In this document: positions 62,996-64,000 of the stretch, piece by piece
Position numbering within the stretch: position 1 is the stretch's first letter
How the letters are laid out: every line of letters starts with the position of its first letter
Assembly: GCF_044704955.1 (NCBI RefSeq)
Contig: NC_091999.1
Location: forward strand, 20,150,001 to 20,214,000
Reading direction: 5' to 3'
Length of the DNA: 64,000 nt
Origin: Pristiophorus japonicus
Lineage: Eukaryota
Made by a program: the position numbers and the translations under genes
The notes under the pieces: generated by a model
Databases searched by the model: none
What the model was told of the DNA's origin: nothing
Seen by the model: the letters and a program-made list of their open reading frames with translations, nothing else

Positions 62996-64000
62996 TTTGG
63001 GATGGATCAATCCAGCCACAGCTGCGTTGATATATTTTCGACGGCAGAGTCCGCTGTCTGCTCATTGAGATTTACCTACCCATCTCTAAGCTTTGCATCG
63101 GTATGTGGCAACTTATTCAATTCTCAGAACCTTCACTTCCAAAACAAACAACTTTATTTATTTTTTGACTGATTCAACAAATTGTCCTCCAATAGGAATG
63201 GTTTCTGACTGTGATCCCCTTCTCGAAAACGACACTAGCCCATTTTACCCAATATATAGCTATTGTGAAAAAAACAAGTGCTGGTGATAGACTGGCAATC
63301 CTTCCTACTCACTATAATTATTCTGTGACTGAAGACCACTGAAAGGGAAACAAGTCCAGCAAGTCTATTTAAAGAGTCTTCAATGTCCAATATTACTGAC
63401 AGACCAATAGCAAGAGAGTGCTACAATCCAAGTATATTATATTCTTGTTCAACATTTACTGCATTGAATACTCACATTATAATTGGGTCAACAGGATGGA
63501 GTCACTGCAAAGCGTCATTCGGACGCACATGACTCCTAGTTTAAACAGTAGCTCTCTAGGTAAGCTTAGTGTGTACTGACTAAGGGTAGTTGTGTTTAAA
63601 GAGCGCGGGGACTATTCCAATCCTTTTGATGGATTGGTGGGGGCAGAAGCATTGCCTAAGCTTTCCATGAAATACCCACAGATGTTTCATCTGGTTATTA
63701 TGTGTGAAGGATATCGTTGCTATTACCAGCAAGGTTTACGATTTCCCTTAGATTTCGCCAAAGCATAATGCATTTTTAAGAGTGCTCTCAGAATTTCGCA
63801 AAAAAAACACCACGAATATACATCTTTCAGTTACGTTAACATGATCCCTAATAATGACCAGCAGAACATTATTACCTCAGTGATTAGTTAAGACAAAAAG
63901 AAATGGCCAGTTGAAGAATTTGCCTTTTGTTCAGGACAGCAATTAAAATACTGATGCGGACTTCTTAACTGATAGGAATTTTTTTACACCAAAGGTTCGG

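Noticed and set aside
63190-63960. Unique-looking sequence that might be a decayed coding exon
   Set aside because: The frames I tried contain stops and no recognisable motif; cannot support a call.
36950-64000. Upstream IgM exons (Cmu1-3, J, D, V, RSS)
   Set aside because: Looked for on the minus strand by eye and none recognised; a tBLASTn search is needed to exclude decayed remnants.

Overview
Eukaryotic genomic DNA, very probably from a cartilaginous fish (shark-type IgM exons, CR1 LINEs with (CATAGAAA/CATAAGAA)n tails, a Deu-domain SINE, GPR139-like and C2H2-ZNF gene families). 1-27.7 kb is a tandem macrosatellite of ~2.4-kb units. Each unit carries, on the + strand, tRNA-Asp-derived, tRNA-Ser-derived, truncated tRNA-SINE and tRNA-Leu(TAA) sequences separated by a TC-rich spacer. 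Only Leu-TAA stays near-intact. The Ser copies are decayed and share an AGA->AAA anticodon change. The array shows a ~20.8-kb higher-order duplication, a recent single-unit duplication, a probable gene-conversion tract and divergent edge units, and it is cut off by a CR1 inside the last tRNA-Ser. 27.7-64 kb is a repeat-rich pseudogene graveyard. It holds an orphan, disabled IgM heavy-chain 3' end on the minus strand (Cmu4 + secretory tail, and the TM exon; both missed by the ORF track), a C2H2 zinc-finger pseudo-exon, a GPR139-like pseudogene with a six-fold repeated TM segment, nested CR1/L2 LINE fragments, a DeuSINE and several minisatellites (67, 25, ~42 and 54 bp). I see no intact protein-coding gene. 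Most long ORFs in the track are repeat artefacts. All calls are by eye; no searches were run.
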